Source of the DNA: Gammaproteobacteria bacterium
Lineage (GTDB): Bacteria; Pseudomonadota; Gammaproteobacteria; Ga0077536
Reading direction: 5' to 3'
DNA length: 64,000 nt
NCBI GenBank assembly: GCA_965217605.1
Contig: CBDCJB010000014.1
Location: 12,407 to 76,406 of the forward strand
Shown here: one piece after another, positions 8,943 through 18,779 of the stretch
Layout: every line of letters starts with the position of its first letter
Position numbering within the stretch: the first letter of the stretch is position 1
The notes under the pieces: generated by a model
What the model was told of the DNA's origin: nothing
What the model saw: the letters and a program-made list of their open reading frames with translations, nothing else
Databases searched by the model: none
Made by a program: the position numbers and the translations under genes

Positions 8943-9791
8943 ATGAGAGTGAATCAGGCCACCTACCGGATCGCGCCGATGTGCCGGCTACTCGGTGTCT
9001 CCCCGAGTGGCTACTACGCGTGTCGGACACGTGAACCCTCAGCGCGGTCGAAGCGCGACGCGCAACTCAAGGCACGTATCCAGGCCATCCACAGCTGGAG
9101 TCGAGGCACCTATGGGGCACCGCGTATTCACGCCGAGCTCGCGGATGAGGGGACGCACGCGGGTCGCAAGCGCGTCGCCAGGCTGCTGCGTGAATGGGGT
9201 TTGGCCGGGGTGAGTCGACGCACAAGGACGCGCACGACACGCCGCGATCACGATGCCCGCCCGGCGCCGGATCTGGTCGAGCGTCACTTCGTGGCTTCGC
9301 GGCCGGACGCACTGTGGGTTGCTGACGTGACCGACGTGCCGACGTGGGCGGGGTTCGTGTATCTGGCGGTTGTCGTCGATGCATTCAGTCGGCGCGTCGT
9401 AGGCTGGTCGATGGCGACGCATCTGCGCACTGAACTCGTGCTCGAGGCGCTCAACATGGCGCTATGGCAGCGTCGACCGAAGAATGTGATCCATCACAGT
9501 GACCAGGGCTGCCAGTACACTTCGTTCGCCTTCGGCAAGCGCTGCCGGTTAATGGGTGTACAACCGTCGATGGGATCGGTCGGCGATTGCTACGATAACG
9601 CGATGGCCGAGAGCTTCTTCGCGACGCTCGAATGCGAACTCATCGACCGCCACAGTTTCAAGACGCAGGCCGACGCGAAGATGGCGATCTTCGAGTTCAT
9701 CGAAGGCTGGTACAACCCACACCGTCGTCACTCATCCCTCGGTCAGCAATCACCGCTAAACTATGAAAATAATTATCAACAGGCTGCTTGA
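8943..9791 (+). CDS. IS3-family transposase OrfB (rve integrase core)
   Basis: W.AD.T, D.FSR, HHSDQG.QY, NA.AESFF..LE.E motifs. Confidence 0.95.
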   Translation: MRVNQATYRIAPMCRLLGVSPSGYYACRTREPSARSKRDAQLKARIQAIHSWSRGTYGAPRIHAELADEGTHAGRKRVARLLREWGLAGVSRRTRTRTTRRDHDARPAPDLVERHFVASRPDALWVADVTDVPTWAGFVYLAVVVDAFSRRVVGWSMATHLRTELVLEALNMALWQRRPKNVIHHSDQGCQYTSFAFGKRCRLMGVQPSMGSVGDCYDNAMAESFFATLECELIDRHSFKTQADAKMAIFEFIEGWYNPHRRHSSLGQQSPLNYENNYQQAA

Positions 9792-9933
9792 AACCCAAGC
9801 GCCATACCGTCCACGGAAACGGGGCAACTCCACGGACGTCCAATCCCTGACACTTGGCTGACCCCTTGATTGGTCCCGCTATACTCCCTCTCGCTGTCTA
9901 GCCCCCAATTTCTTTACGCCGGAAAGTCAAATT

Positions 9934-10410
9934 GTGAAAAAGCGAATCGCTATTTTCGTCGATGTACAGAACGTCTATTACACCACGCGCCAAGCCTATG
10001 GACGCCAGTTCGACTACAGGAAGCTGTGGAAACGTGTTAGTACGAAAGGAGAAATTGTCTCAGCAGTTGCGTATGCCACTGATCGCGGCGATCAGAAACA
10101 ACTCAAATTCCAAAATACGCTCAAACGAATTGGTTTTGAAGTAAAACTTAAACCCTATATTCAGCGTAGCGACGGGTCCGCCAAAGGTGATTGGGACGTT
10201 GGCATTACAATTGATGTACTGGAAGCCGCAAGAAACGTTGATACCGTCGTATTATTATCTGGCGATGGGGACTTCGACGTATTGCTGGAGAAAATTAATA
10301 CGGACTATGCCGTCAGTGCTGAAGTCTATGGGGTACCAAATCTTACAGCTAAATCACTTATTGATTCTGCTAATGTCTACATTCGTATTGAAGACGATTT
10401 ATTAATGTAA
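9934..10410 (+). CDS. NYN (LabA/DUF88, PIN-fold) domain protein
   Basis: IFVDVQN, KGDWDVGITID, LLSGDGDF acidic motifs. Confidence 0.9.
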   Translation: MKKRIAIFVDVQNVYYTTRQAYGRQFDYRKLWKRVSTKGEIVSAVAYATDRGDQKQLKFQNTLKRIGFEVKLKPYIQRSDGSAKGDWDVGITIDVLEAARNVDTVVLLSGDGDFDVLLEKINTDYAVSAEVYGVPNLTAKSLIDSANVYIRIEDDLLM

Positions 10411-10680
10411 CGAACACATAGCGCATGTGTAAGTACTGAAACAAAATACGCGTTAGCCTGCACTGACGGGTCCCGTCCCGTATCCACGGATAGTTGAGTT
10501 AAGGATGATTCCACTTGTGTTTGAGTTCATCGTCGTGTAGGGTGCGCCCGCGATCCACGTTTCGGCCTGCCTTTCAGCTGTCTGCCCATCTTTATGGGCG
10601 TTCGTTCCGAGTCAACCGCTACATTGAGATTGTTCGTTTACTGCGCCCGATTTGTGTGCGGAACTTTTATGGGGGCCAAC

Positions 10681-10884
10681 ATGGCATCAGGAATTGTGAA
10701 ATGGTTTGACCCCGCTAAGGGTTTTGGATTCATCCAACCCGAGGACGGGAGCAAGGACGTATTTGTGCACATTAGTGCAGTACAGAAGGCAGGTATAGAG
10801 AGCCTCGCTGAAGGCCAGCGGGTTAGCTTCGACGTCGTGTCTGAGCGAGGAAAGTCTGCAGCAGGTAACCTGCAAACGACGTAG
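10681..10884 (+). CDS. cspA: Cold-shock protein, CspA family
   Basis: [12 protein letters not shown] (RNP1) and DVFVHISA (RNP2); ATG at 10681. Confidence 0.95.
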   Translation: MASGIVKWFDPAKGFGFIQPEDGSKDVFVHISAVQKAGIESLAEGQRVSFDVVSERGKSAAGNLQTT

Positions 10885-10956
10885 TTCCGCGACCGTAGTC
10901 ACGATACAAAGGGCGGGGACGTAAGTCCCCGTTCTGGTCAATGACCGAGGAACCAT

Positions 10957-11103
10957 ATGGCTAGAAACCAACACTCCTTCGCGAAGCGCCAACGAGAGAA
11001 AGAAAAAAAACGGAAGGCAGACGAAAAGCGCGCCCGCCGCATCAACAAGAAACAGACGCCGGACGCGTCGCAAGTCGACGATTCTCCCAAAATCGACCCT
11101 TAG
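10957..11103 (+). CDS. Small basic protein (48 aa) downstream of cspA
   Basis: gagg RBS; MARNQHSFAKRQREKEKKRKADEKRARRINKKQ...; below the ORF-track length cutoff. Confidence 0.6.
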   Translation: MARNQHSFAKRQREKEKKRKADEKRARRINKKQTPDASQVDDSPKIDP

Positions 11104-11302
11104 TTCACGTCCGTCGGGGTACTACGGTTACCGGGGTGGATGCTGTCTAAGGCATCCGGATTCTTCGGCTCCCTAACTTTACGCCGCAAGGCTTTTGGAC
11201 GCGCCGTGTAACAAATCGATGAACAAGTTCGTTTGACCCTGCATTCTGCTCGCTAACCCAAACGACTCGAAGCCTGAAACGCCGGTTACCTCTATAGTTG
11301 GT

Positions 11303-11450
11303 GACTAGCTATATGGGGTCGGTAGCGGCCTGATCGCGGCAGTCCAGTACTGTTCCAAATTACGTCTGCAATACACCTCGTAAGCGGTCAATCGGCTTGC
11401 TTAGCAATCATCGCTGGGGCTGACTTCGACTCTCGGCCATGAGCGGACCT
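11303..11450 (+). repeat. Composite intergenic repeat, copy A4 (full three-unit form)
   Basis: gactagctatatggggtcggtagcggcc / acgtctgcaatacacctcgtaagcggtc / gacttcgactctcggccatgagcggacc. Confidence 0.85.
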
Positions 11451-11526
11451 CGAAGCCAGGTTGAGAAGCGATAAGCCACCAACTGCTACACTTCTATTGA
11501 GGCCGGACAATAAAAAGGGGCTCGAT

Positions 11527-14145
11527 ATGACGTTCGATGAGGTACTTGCCCAGACGCTCACACTTCTCGAACAGGAAGGCCGCGTATCCTACAGCGCGCT
11601 TAAACGGCGCTTCGATTTGGATGACGAGTACGTCAAAGACCTCAAGGAAGAAATCATCGATGCGAAACAGGTGGCGGTCGATGAAGATGGCAAAATTCTG
11701 GTCTGGTCTGCAGTAGACACCGCCGCACGCCTACGAGAATCTCTCGGATCTCAATCTCCCATCAGCTACACACCATCGCATCTCGCTGAGCGCATCGTCG
11801 CTGAGCAAGCAGCCATGGAAGCAAGGGGTGCCGTCGAGGGTGAGCGTAAGACCATCACGGCATTGTTCGCCGATCTGAAAGGTTCGACAGCGCTCATTGA
11901 TGGACTTGATCCGGAAGAAGCCCGCGACATCATCGACCCGGCATTGCAGATCATGATGGATGCGGTACACCGCTACGAGGGATATGTCGCGCAAGCTCTC
12001 GGGGATGGGATCTTCGCTTTATTTGGCGCTCCTATTGCGCACGAAGATCATCCGCAACGAGCATTGCATGCGGCCTTGCAATTACAAGACGAGATGCGCG
12101 GTTATAGTGACAAATTACGAAGGCGTGATGGTCCACCGTTGCAGGTTCGCGTCGGTATCAATACCGGCGAAGTTGTGGTGCGTTCGATTCGCAAAGATGA
12201 CCTGCATACCGACTACGTGCCCGTCGGACGTTCGACCAACATTGCCGCCCGCATGGAGCAGTTAGCCACGCCTGGCTCGACTTTGGTCACTGAGCACACG
12301 CACAAACTCACGGACGGTTACTTCGATTTCAAGGCGCTGGGGCAAACGCAGGTCAAAGGTGTGGACGCGGCCCTCAATATCTATGAACTCGCCGGTGCAG
12401 GACCGTTACGGACTAAACTCGAAGTTTCGGCCCGTCGCGGTCTGTCCCAGTTTGTCGGGCGCGAACGTGAGAGCGAGCAACTCCAACAAGCCTTAGCGCA
12501 GACCCGAGCCGGCCACGGTCGAATTGTCGGCGTGATGGGCGAGCCCGGGTTGGGTAAATCACGGCTGTTCCACGAGTTCAAATTGACTTTACCCATTGAT
12601 TGTTTGGTCTTGGAGACCTTCGCGGTCTCACACGGTAAATCTTCTCCCTACCTGCCGGTCATCGACCTGCTCAAGAGTTACTTTGACATTGCGGTCGAAG
12701 ACGACAATCAGAGGCGGCACGAAAAAATCTCGACTAAGCTCCTGGCCCTCGAGCGTAGCCTCGAAGACACCCTGCCCTATCTCTTCGCGCTGATGGGTAT
12801 CGATGATCCCGCATCCTCTTTGCAACAAATGGACCCACAGGTCCGTCGGCAACGGACTTTTAGCGCACTGAATAAACTGTTTCTGCGGGAGAGCTCGAAG
12901 CAACCCTTAATCGTAATCTTTGAAGACCTGCATTGGATCGACAACGAGACCCAGGGCGTTCTCGATGCACTCAGTGAAGCCGAAGCGAATGCTTCCATTC
13001 TGTTGCTCGTAAATTATCGGCCGGAATACAGCGATAACTGGGGTCAGAAGGCGCATTACTCACAAGTGCATCTCACCGCATTGGCGAGCGAGGAGGCGGC
13101 GGAGCTCCTGACGTTTCTGCTCGGTGACGACGCGAGCCTCACCGCATTGAAGCAGGTGATTCTGCAGAGGGCAGAAGGTACGCCGTTTTTCATGGAGGAA
13201 GTCGTCCGGACGCTGGTCGAGGAAGACGTACTGCTTGGCGAGCACGGGAACTACCGGCTAGAGAAAGCCCCGAGCGAGCTGCATATCTCGCCGACCGTAC
13301 AGGGCGTGCTGGCGGCCCGCATCGACCGGCTGCAGCCTGGGGAAAAAGCGTTATTACAACGGCTCTCGGTTATCGGCCGTGAGTTCCCGTTGGGACTGGC
13401 ACGCAAAGTCGCAACGGAATCCGATGACGAGTTTCACCACTTGCTGTCGTCACTGCAAGCCAAAGAATTTCTCTATGAACAAACGGCGTTGCCCGACGCC
13501 GAGTACATCTTCAAACACGCGCTGACTCAGGAAGTCGCCTATGGTACGGTGCTCCGGGAGCAGCGCAAGACGATGCACGAACGGGCCGCGAACGCGATCG
13601 AGGCGCTCTACAGTGCCAAACTCGAAGACCATTACAGTGAATTAGCGCATCACTACACTCGGGGTGGTAACGTCGAGAAAGCGCTCGAGTACCTCCACCT
13701 CGCCGGGCAGCAGGCAGTGGAACGGTCGGCTAACGAAGAAGCCATTGCGTACCTGCGACAGGGCTTGACGCTGCTCGAGGATTTAGACGACGCAACCGAA
13801 CGAGTGCAGCAGGAACTCAAGCTCCAGATGGCATTGGGCGCGCCACTGATGGCCACCAAAGGATGGGCAGCGCCGGAACTCGGTCAGGCCTACAACCGCG
13901 CTTACGAGCTGTGCATGCAACTGGGGGAGACCCCGGAGCTTTTCGAAGTGATCGCGGGTTTGTTCGTTTATCACGTCGGCTCACCGTCGCCGTTGGGGAC
14001 GGCCCGCGACCTGGCCGAGCAGGCGGACGTACCCACCCTCTTTCTGATCGCCAACGGAGCAATGGCGAATGTCCTGTTTGTATGCCGTCAGCGCCTATGG
14101 GACAGATATAGCGCTGGTTTAAGGGAGAGTTTTTGTTCATCCTAA
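11527..14145 (+). pseudogene. Class III adenylate/guanylate cyclase + AAA ATPase + TPR protein, truncated at ~14078 by an IS
   Basis: ITALFADLKGST and GDGIFALFGAP cyclase motifs; Walker A GEPGLGKS; Walker B IFEDLHW. The last ~21 codons derive from the IS end. Confidence 0.85.
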
Positions 14146-15390
14146 CCTGAGGAGTTGAGATGAAACAGAGACCGACAGGACGAACGTCGTCGTCAGAAAA
14201 AATCATTCGTGACATCAAGCGCAACACGCGCAAGCAAACCAGTGCGGAGGAGAACATACGCATCGTACTGGACGGCGTGCGTGGCGAAGCCAGCATTGCG
14301 GAGCTGTGCCGACGAGAAGGTATTGCTCAAAGCCTAACTTACAAAGGGTCCAAGGACTTCATGGAAGCCGGCAAGCAGCGCCTGGCCGGGGACATTGTTC
14401 GCCAGGCCAACACCAGTGACGTCACGGCGCTTCGGCGTGACGCCCGAGATCTCAAGGACGTGGTCGCCGAGCAAACGCTGGAACTGCGGCTGCTCAAAAA
14501 AAACAGGCTCGGGGATGGGGACGACCTGCAATGAGGTATTCAGCCGCCGAGAAGCTTGAGATCATTCGGTTGGTGGAGCGATCGCACCTGCCGGCCAAGC
14601 AAACCCTGGCTATGTTGGGCGTTCCACGCACCACCTTCTAGCGTTGGTACGCACACTATCGTCATGACGGAGAAGTGGCGCTGCAGGACCAGGCGCCCCT
14701 GCCGGGGCGGGTGTGGAACCGGATCCCCGATACCGTGCGAGACCGCCTGATCACGTTGGCGCTGAACAGGCCGGAACTGAGTCCGCGCGAGTTGGCGGTT
14801 ACCTTCACCGATACCGAGGGCTATTTTGTCTCGGAAAGCTCGGTTTACCGGCTTCTCAAAGCCCACGCTCTGATCACCCGTGCGGCCTTCATCGTCATGA
14901 AGGCCGCCAGCGAGTTCACAGACAAGACCACGGCCATCAATCAGCAGTGGCAGACGGATTTTACCGACCTGAAGATCATGGGCTGGGGCTGGATGGTTCT
15001 AGCCACGATACGGGATGACTTTTCACGCTATGTCGTGGCCTGGGAGCTGTGTACGACCATGACCAGCCGGGATGTGGCCGAGACCCTGGAACTGGCCTTG
15101 CAGGCCTCGGGTTGCGACCAGGCCGACGTCGTGCAAAAGCCGAGATTACTCTCCGACAATGGCTCAAGTTACCTCTCGAGCGACCTTGCTGATTGGCTCA
15201 GCGACAATGGGATGAGCCACGTTCGCGGTGCACCGTACCATCCGCACACACAAGGCAAGATCGAACGCTGGCACCAGACGCTGAAGAACCGGATACTACT
15301 GGAGAATGACTTCTTGCCCGGCGATCTGAAACAGCACCCCGTTTCCGTGGACGGTATCGAGCGGTTCGTCGATCACTACAATCATCGCCA
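14079..15390 (+). mobile_element. Second IS3-family element, degenerate (orfA 14160-14534; orfB from 14531 with in-frame TAG at 14639)
   Basis: Left end tgtatgccgtcagcgcctatggga; orfA IRIVL.G.RGE.SIAELCRREG; orfB WQTDFT...DDFSRY...SDNGS...GKIERWH. Confidence 0.8.
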
Positions 15391-16080
15391 TCTTCGCGTC
15401 GGCCTGCGTCTTGAAACTGTGGCGGTCGATGAGTTCGCATTCGAGCGTCGCGAAGAAGCTCTCGGCCATCGCGTTATCGTAGCAATCGCCGACCGATCCC
15501 ATCGACGGTTGTACACCCATTAACCGGCAGCGCTTGCCGAAGGCGACGAAGTGTACTGGCAGCCCTGGTCACTGTGATGGATCACATTCTTCGGTCGACG
15601 CTGCCATAGCGCCATGTTGAGCGCCTCGAGCACGAGCTCAGTGCGCAGATGCGTCGCCATCGACCCGCCTACGACGCGCCGACTGAATGCATCGACGACA
15701 ACCGCCAGATACACGAACCCCGCCCACGTCGGCACGTCGGTCACGTCAGCAACCCACAGTGCGTCCGGCCGCGAAGCCACGAAGTGACGCTCGACCAGAT
15801 CCGGCGCCGGGCGGGCATCGTGATCGCGGCGTGTCGTGCGCGTCCTTGTGCGTCGACTCACCCCGGCCAAACCCCATTCACGCAGCAGCTTGGCGACGCG
15901 CTTGCGACCCACGTGCGTCCCCTCACGAGAAAGGATCAAACGAAAGACTATCGCGAAACGTCGTTTGCACTATCAACGACACGCTGCGTAACATGAAAAT
16001 GATGAGACCGTCGTTGCGGCGACCTTCATCACGGTCGGCCTGCGCGACCCCGTTGCGTACGGTCTGTGCGGTCGGCTCAA
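15337..16080 (-). mobile_element. Fragmented third copy of the 1249-bp IS3 element
   Basis: Blocks identical to the copy at 35362-36610 (IR piece at ~15337, orfB piece ~15385-15925, orfA piece ~16005-16080), interleaved with other sequence. Confidence 0.75.
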
Positions 16081-16220
16081 AATACGCCCTTAGCAAGACC
16101 AAACATCTGTCCCATTTGTTTGAAGACGGACAAATGCTGTTCCGACGACGAGCGGTGGCCGCTGTTGAGCGCTGCTTATCCCAAGCGTTATATGCGTAAA
16201 AGAAACCGAGAACCAAGCAA

Positions 16221-16475
16221 TTGACATTACCCGACGATATAGACGACGAAAAGCTGGCTGAGATTGCGCTCGCCATGCTGTCGTTATCCGCGTTTAGCGA
16301 CCCAGTCGGCACTCGCGCTTGGAAGGGAATGGACTGGGATGTATTGAATCTGCTTTACGAAAAAGGTTGGATTATGGACCCGAAGAACAAAAGCAAATCA
16401 GTTGTCTTGACAACTGAAGGTGAAGCGCTTGCGCAGAAACTTTTTGCCAAACATTTTGGTAACAATCCGGAATGA
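16221..16475 (+). CDS. DUF6429-like small winged-helix protein
   Basis: AWKG.DWDVLN.LYEKG.I.DP..K.KSVVLT.EG pattern. Confidence 0.7.
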   Translation: MTLPDDIDDEKLAEIALAMLSLSAFSDPVGTRAWKGMDWDVLNLLYEKGWIMDPKNKSKSVVLTTEGEALAQKLFAKHFGNNPE

Positions 16476-16657
16476 AATAATGGCGGCACATAGGTAGCCA
16501 CTCAACTGGGACCTTTAGCTGCACCCTTCCTTTTCTGCTGCTCCGGTATAAGTTTGGCGTGAGTTAATCTGTCGTCGATGACTGCTGTGTGGTTTGGCCC
16601 TAGTTTTTCGGACTACCTAATTCGGCACGATAATGTGCTGAGGCTATTAGGAGAAGC

Positions 16658-17218
16658 TTGGCAGCGATGGACATCCAGAAACCCAGATGGACGGACGTAA
16701 AGGAGCAAATCTCCAAGCTTGAGCACGTGGATCTCGTTCGACTCGTTGGAAGTCTCTACCAACTTGGAAAGGTTAATCGTGACTTTCTCCACGCGCGTTT
16801 CGCAAGCACCCAAGATCGGCTTCGAGTCTACCGAGAAGTCATTGATCAATGCATGTATCCCGACGCCAATAGAGACTGGTCCTTCCGAATTGTCGAGGCG
16901 AAGCGCGCCATCGGCCAATACAAGAAAGCGGTGCCTGACGATCGGAGAGGCGCGGCGGACTTGATGACCTACTTCGTGGAGTGCGGCACGCGATTCTGTG
17001 TGGATCACCAATATCTCGATGACGAACCGTTATGCAGGACATTATTGAGGATGTTTGATCGCGCCATCCGGGCGGCTCTCGAGTTGCCCGAAGCCGATCG
17101 TGGTGAATTTCGGCTTCGGCTCCGAGAGATCGTCGATTCTTCGACAGACATGATCTGGGGTTACTGGGAAGAGTTGTCGGACCAATACGACAACGCCTTT
17201 CCGCCCGGCGGCGAATAG
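16658..17218 (+). CDS. Conserved hypothetical helical protein (possibly DUF6155-like)
   Basis: aggag RBS; W.DVK..I......L..L...LY.....NRDFLHARF pattern. Family name tentative. Confidence 0.55.
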   Translation: MAAMDIQKPRWTDVKEQISKLEHVDLVRLVGSLYQLGKVNRDFLHARFASTQDRLRVYREVIDQCMYPDANRDWSFRIVEAKRAIGQYKKAVPDDRRGAADLMTYFVECGTRFCVDHQYLDDEPLCRTLLRMFDRAIRAALELPEADRGEFRLRLREIVDSSTDMIWGYWEELSDQYDNAFPPGGE

Positions 17219-17285
17219 TTGATCCGATCGTTACGCGTCGAGTTGGTAGGCGCGGCCTGACGGCGGCCGCTCCGATAGATATGAC

Positions 17286-17591
17286 CTAAATATCAGTTTG
17301 CTCCGTGATCTCGAACTGGACGGGCTGACCGGTCTTACGCTGGACCACAATCGTGCGCGCGAGTACACGACCGCCTTGAGCGATATCGCTGACGCGTAAC
17401 CGAACAGGATCGTAGCCACGGAGTTTGCTGTCGATCGCCAGGTTGAACAGTGCAAGTTCGCGGGCTCGCCTCTGCTCCTGCAAACGGAATCGGATCGCCC
17501 AGATTTCTTTGAGCTTGAGCGGTGCTTTCTGTCCGGTGATCTTCCCCTTATTCCAAGGTGTTCTTTGAGGCTTGAAGGTTAGAAGTTGCAT
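17286..17591 (-). pseudogene. Tyrosine recombinase (PWNKG-type phage-integrase family), N-terminal fragment
   Basis: PWNKGKITGQKAPLKLKEIWAIR...LALFNLAIDSKLRGYD.V.LRV.D...QRKTG.PVQFEITEQT. Contains the first catalytic Arg and Lys; the HxxR/H/Y half is absent. ggag RBS. Confidence 0.85.
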
Positions 17592-17861
17592 TCAATTTCT
17601 CCAAATCAGTGATTGGAGAAACATTTTGATCTCCGAGCGCTCCTTGAGGGTGTCGACTACGCTATCGGCTTCACATTGCAGCCAGATTCAGTTCCATTTC
17701 GTCTCTGACCAGCCACAAACGGACGGTCGCGCTTCTACAAAGGCTTTGTATTCGCTTGGCTCTTACGGAAACGAGAATTGATGTTGTAAGGGCGCCCCAC
17801 GCACTGGCCCTGGCATAAGCGATATCCTTGACCCGTTGTTTTAACGATGGGGGATGAAGAG

Positions 17862-18236
17862 ATGACCGAAGTAGGAATTGGAGCCATTGGTGCTTTGACC
17901 GGCATCGCCGATGTCGCCGCGACGTATCTTGGAGTATGGCTTTCTCTAACTTTTGCTTATCTCACAGTTTCATATTTCGTCGGCAAAGCATTGTCACGGT
18001 ACCAGTGCATGATGATATCGTTCCTTTATCTGCTTTCTGCATCAATGTTTGGCGTAACTACGTTAGTACATGTCAAAGCGTGGGTGCTGCTCCGTGCCCG
18101 TGAGCAATCTGTCTACGACGAAATATCGCTTGTTACTTTTCCTTGGTGGATCGAAGCTGTAGCGATCTTTCTCGTGACAGGCACCCTGATTAGTTTGTAC
18201 TTCATGTATAACGTCCGCCATACGGAGAAGGCGTGA
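17862..18236 (+). CDS. Small multi-TM membrane protein (paralog of 21480-21851)
   Basis: Hydrophobic segments; shares YLTV.YF.GK.LSR.QC..IS.LY and SLYFMYNVR with its paralog. Confidence 0.7.
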   Translation: MTEVGIGAIGALTGIADVAATYLGVWLSLTFAYLTVSYFVGKALSRYQCMMISFLYLLSASMFGVTTLVHVKAWVLLRAREQSVYDEISLVTFPWWIEAVAIFLVTGTLISLYFMYNVRHTEKA

Positions 18237-18310
18237 CGGCAGACACCACATACGCAGAGCGCGAGGTGTGCCGGCGGCTAGAATGGCTAACAGCGATGAC
18301 TGCTCAGTCC

Positions 18311-18381
18311 GACGTCCGCCTTTGATCTCGGAAGTCCAGGCGCAGCATACCGACGTCTGCAATCAGGGCCACATTAGACAT
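18311..18381. repeat. Cluster of repeat-family units
   Basis: gacgtccgcctttgatctcggaagtcc and gacgtctgcaatcagggccacattagacat share the GTCYGC arm of the repeat units. Confidence 0.5.
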
Positions 18382-18779
18382 GCCTCGTTCGTCAGGATAG
18401 GTCGGAACTCAAAAGCCGATCCGCAAGAAGAAGTCCAAATTTCTACAAATCAGGCAAACGGCATCGTCTCCGCGAACGGGAGGCACGACATACCACGCTT
18501 TCGTTCCCGTTGGCTGTCTCCAGAGACTAGCCCTCTATTCAACTGGGCGAAATAAAGTTGTACTAACTCAATTCATGTGCTGATACCAACCGTCCTTACT
18601 TCGCTTTCTCTGCTTCCCTAAAATACTCGACGATATCCGGAGAAAGATTCTCACTACCCCTCTGCCTTGCATGTTCCTCCATCTTAGCGTGTACGGCGGA
18701 AGTGACCGGATCACGACGGTCAGTCAGGCTCGAGAATCGAACCTGACGGCGTTTGTGGCGCGCGTGTTCCGCAGGCCAC

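Larger units (their letters stand above)
6703..8946 (+). pseudogene. IS3 orfA, split by IS1595 insertion (6703-6957 + 8893-8946)
   Basis: HTH orfA sequence identical in outline to 36248-36556. It resumes after the 8-bp duplication. Confidence 0.85.
6649..9832 (+). mobile_element. IS3-family insertion sequence, copy 1 (1249 bp net), interrupted by an IS1595 element
   Basis: TG...CA ends (tggagttgacccgctttcgtgga / tccacggaaacggggcaactcca), 3-bp target duplication cgg, orfA+orfB; near-identical to 35362-36610. Confidence 0.95.

Noticed and set aside
14639-14641. Pyrrolysine or other recoding at TAG 14639 and TAA 39308/42415
   Set aside because: They fall at non-catalytic positions where Tyr or similar is expected; no recoding hairpin seen; TAA is not recoded in this lineage type.
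18596-18720. Possible gene fragment downstream of the LLM gene
   Set aside because: Short, no recognisable family, ambiguous frame.
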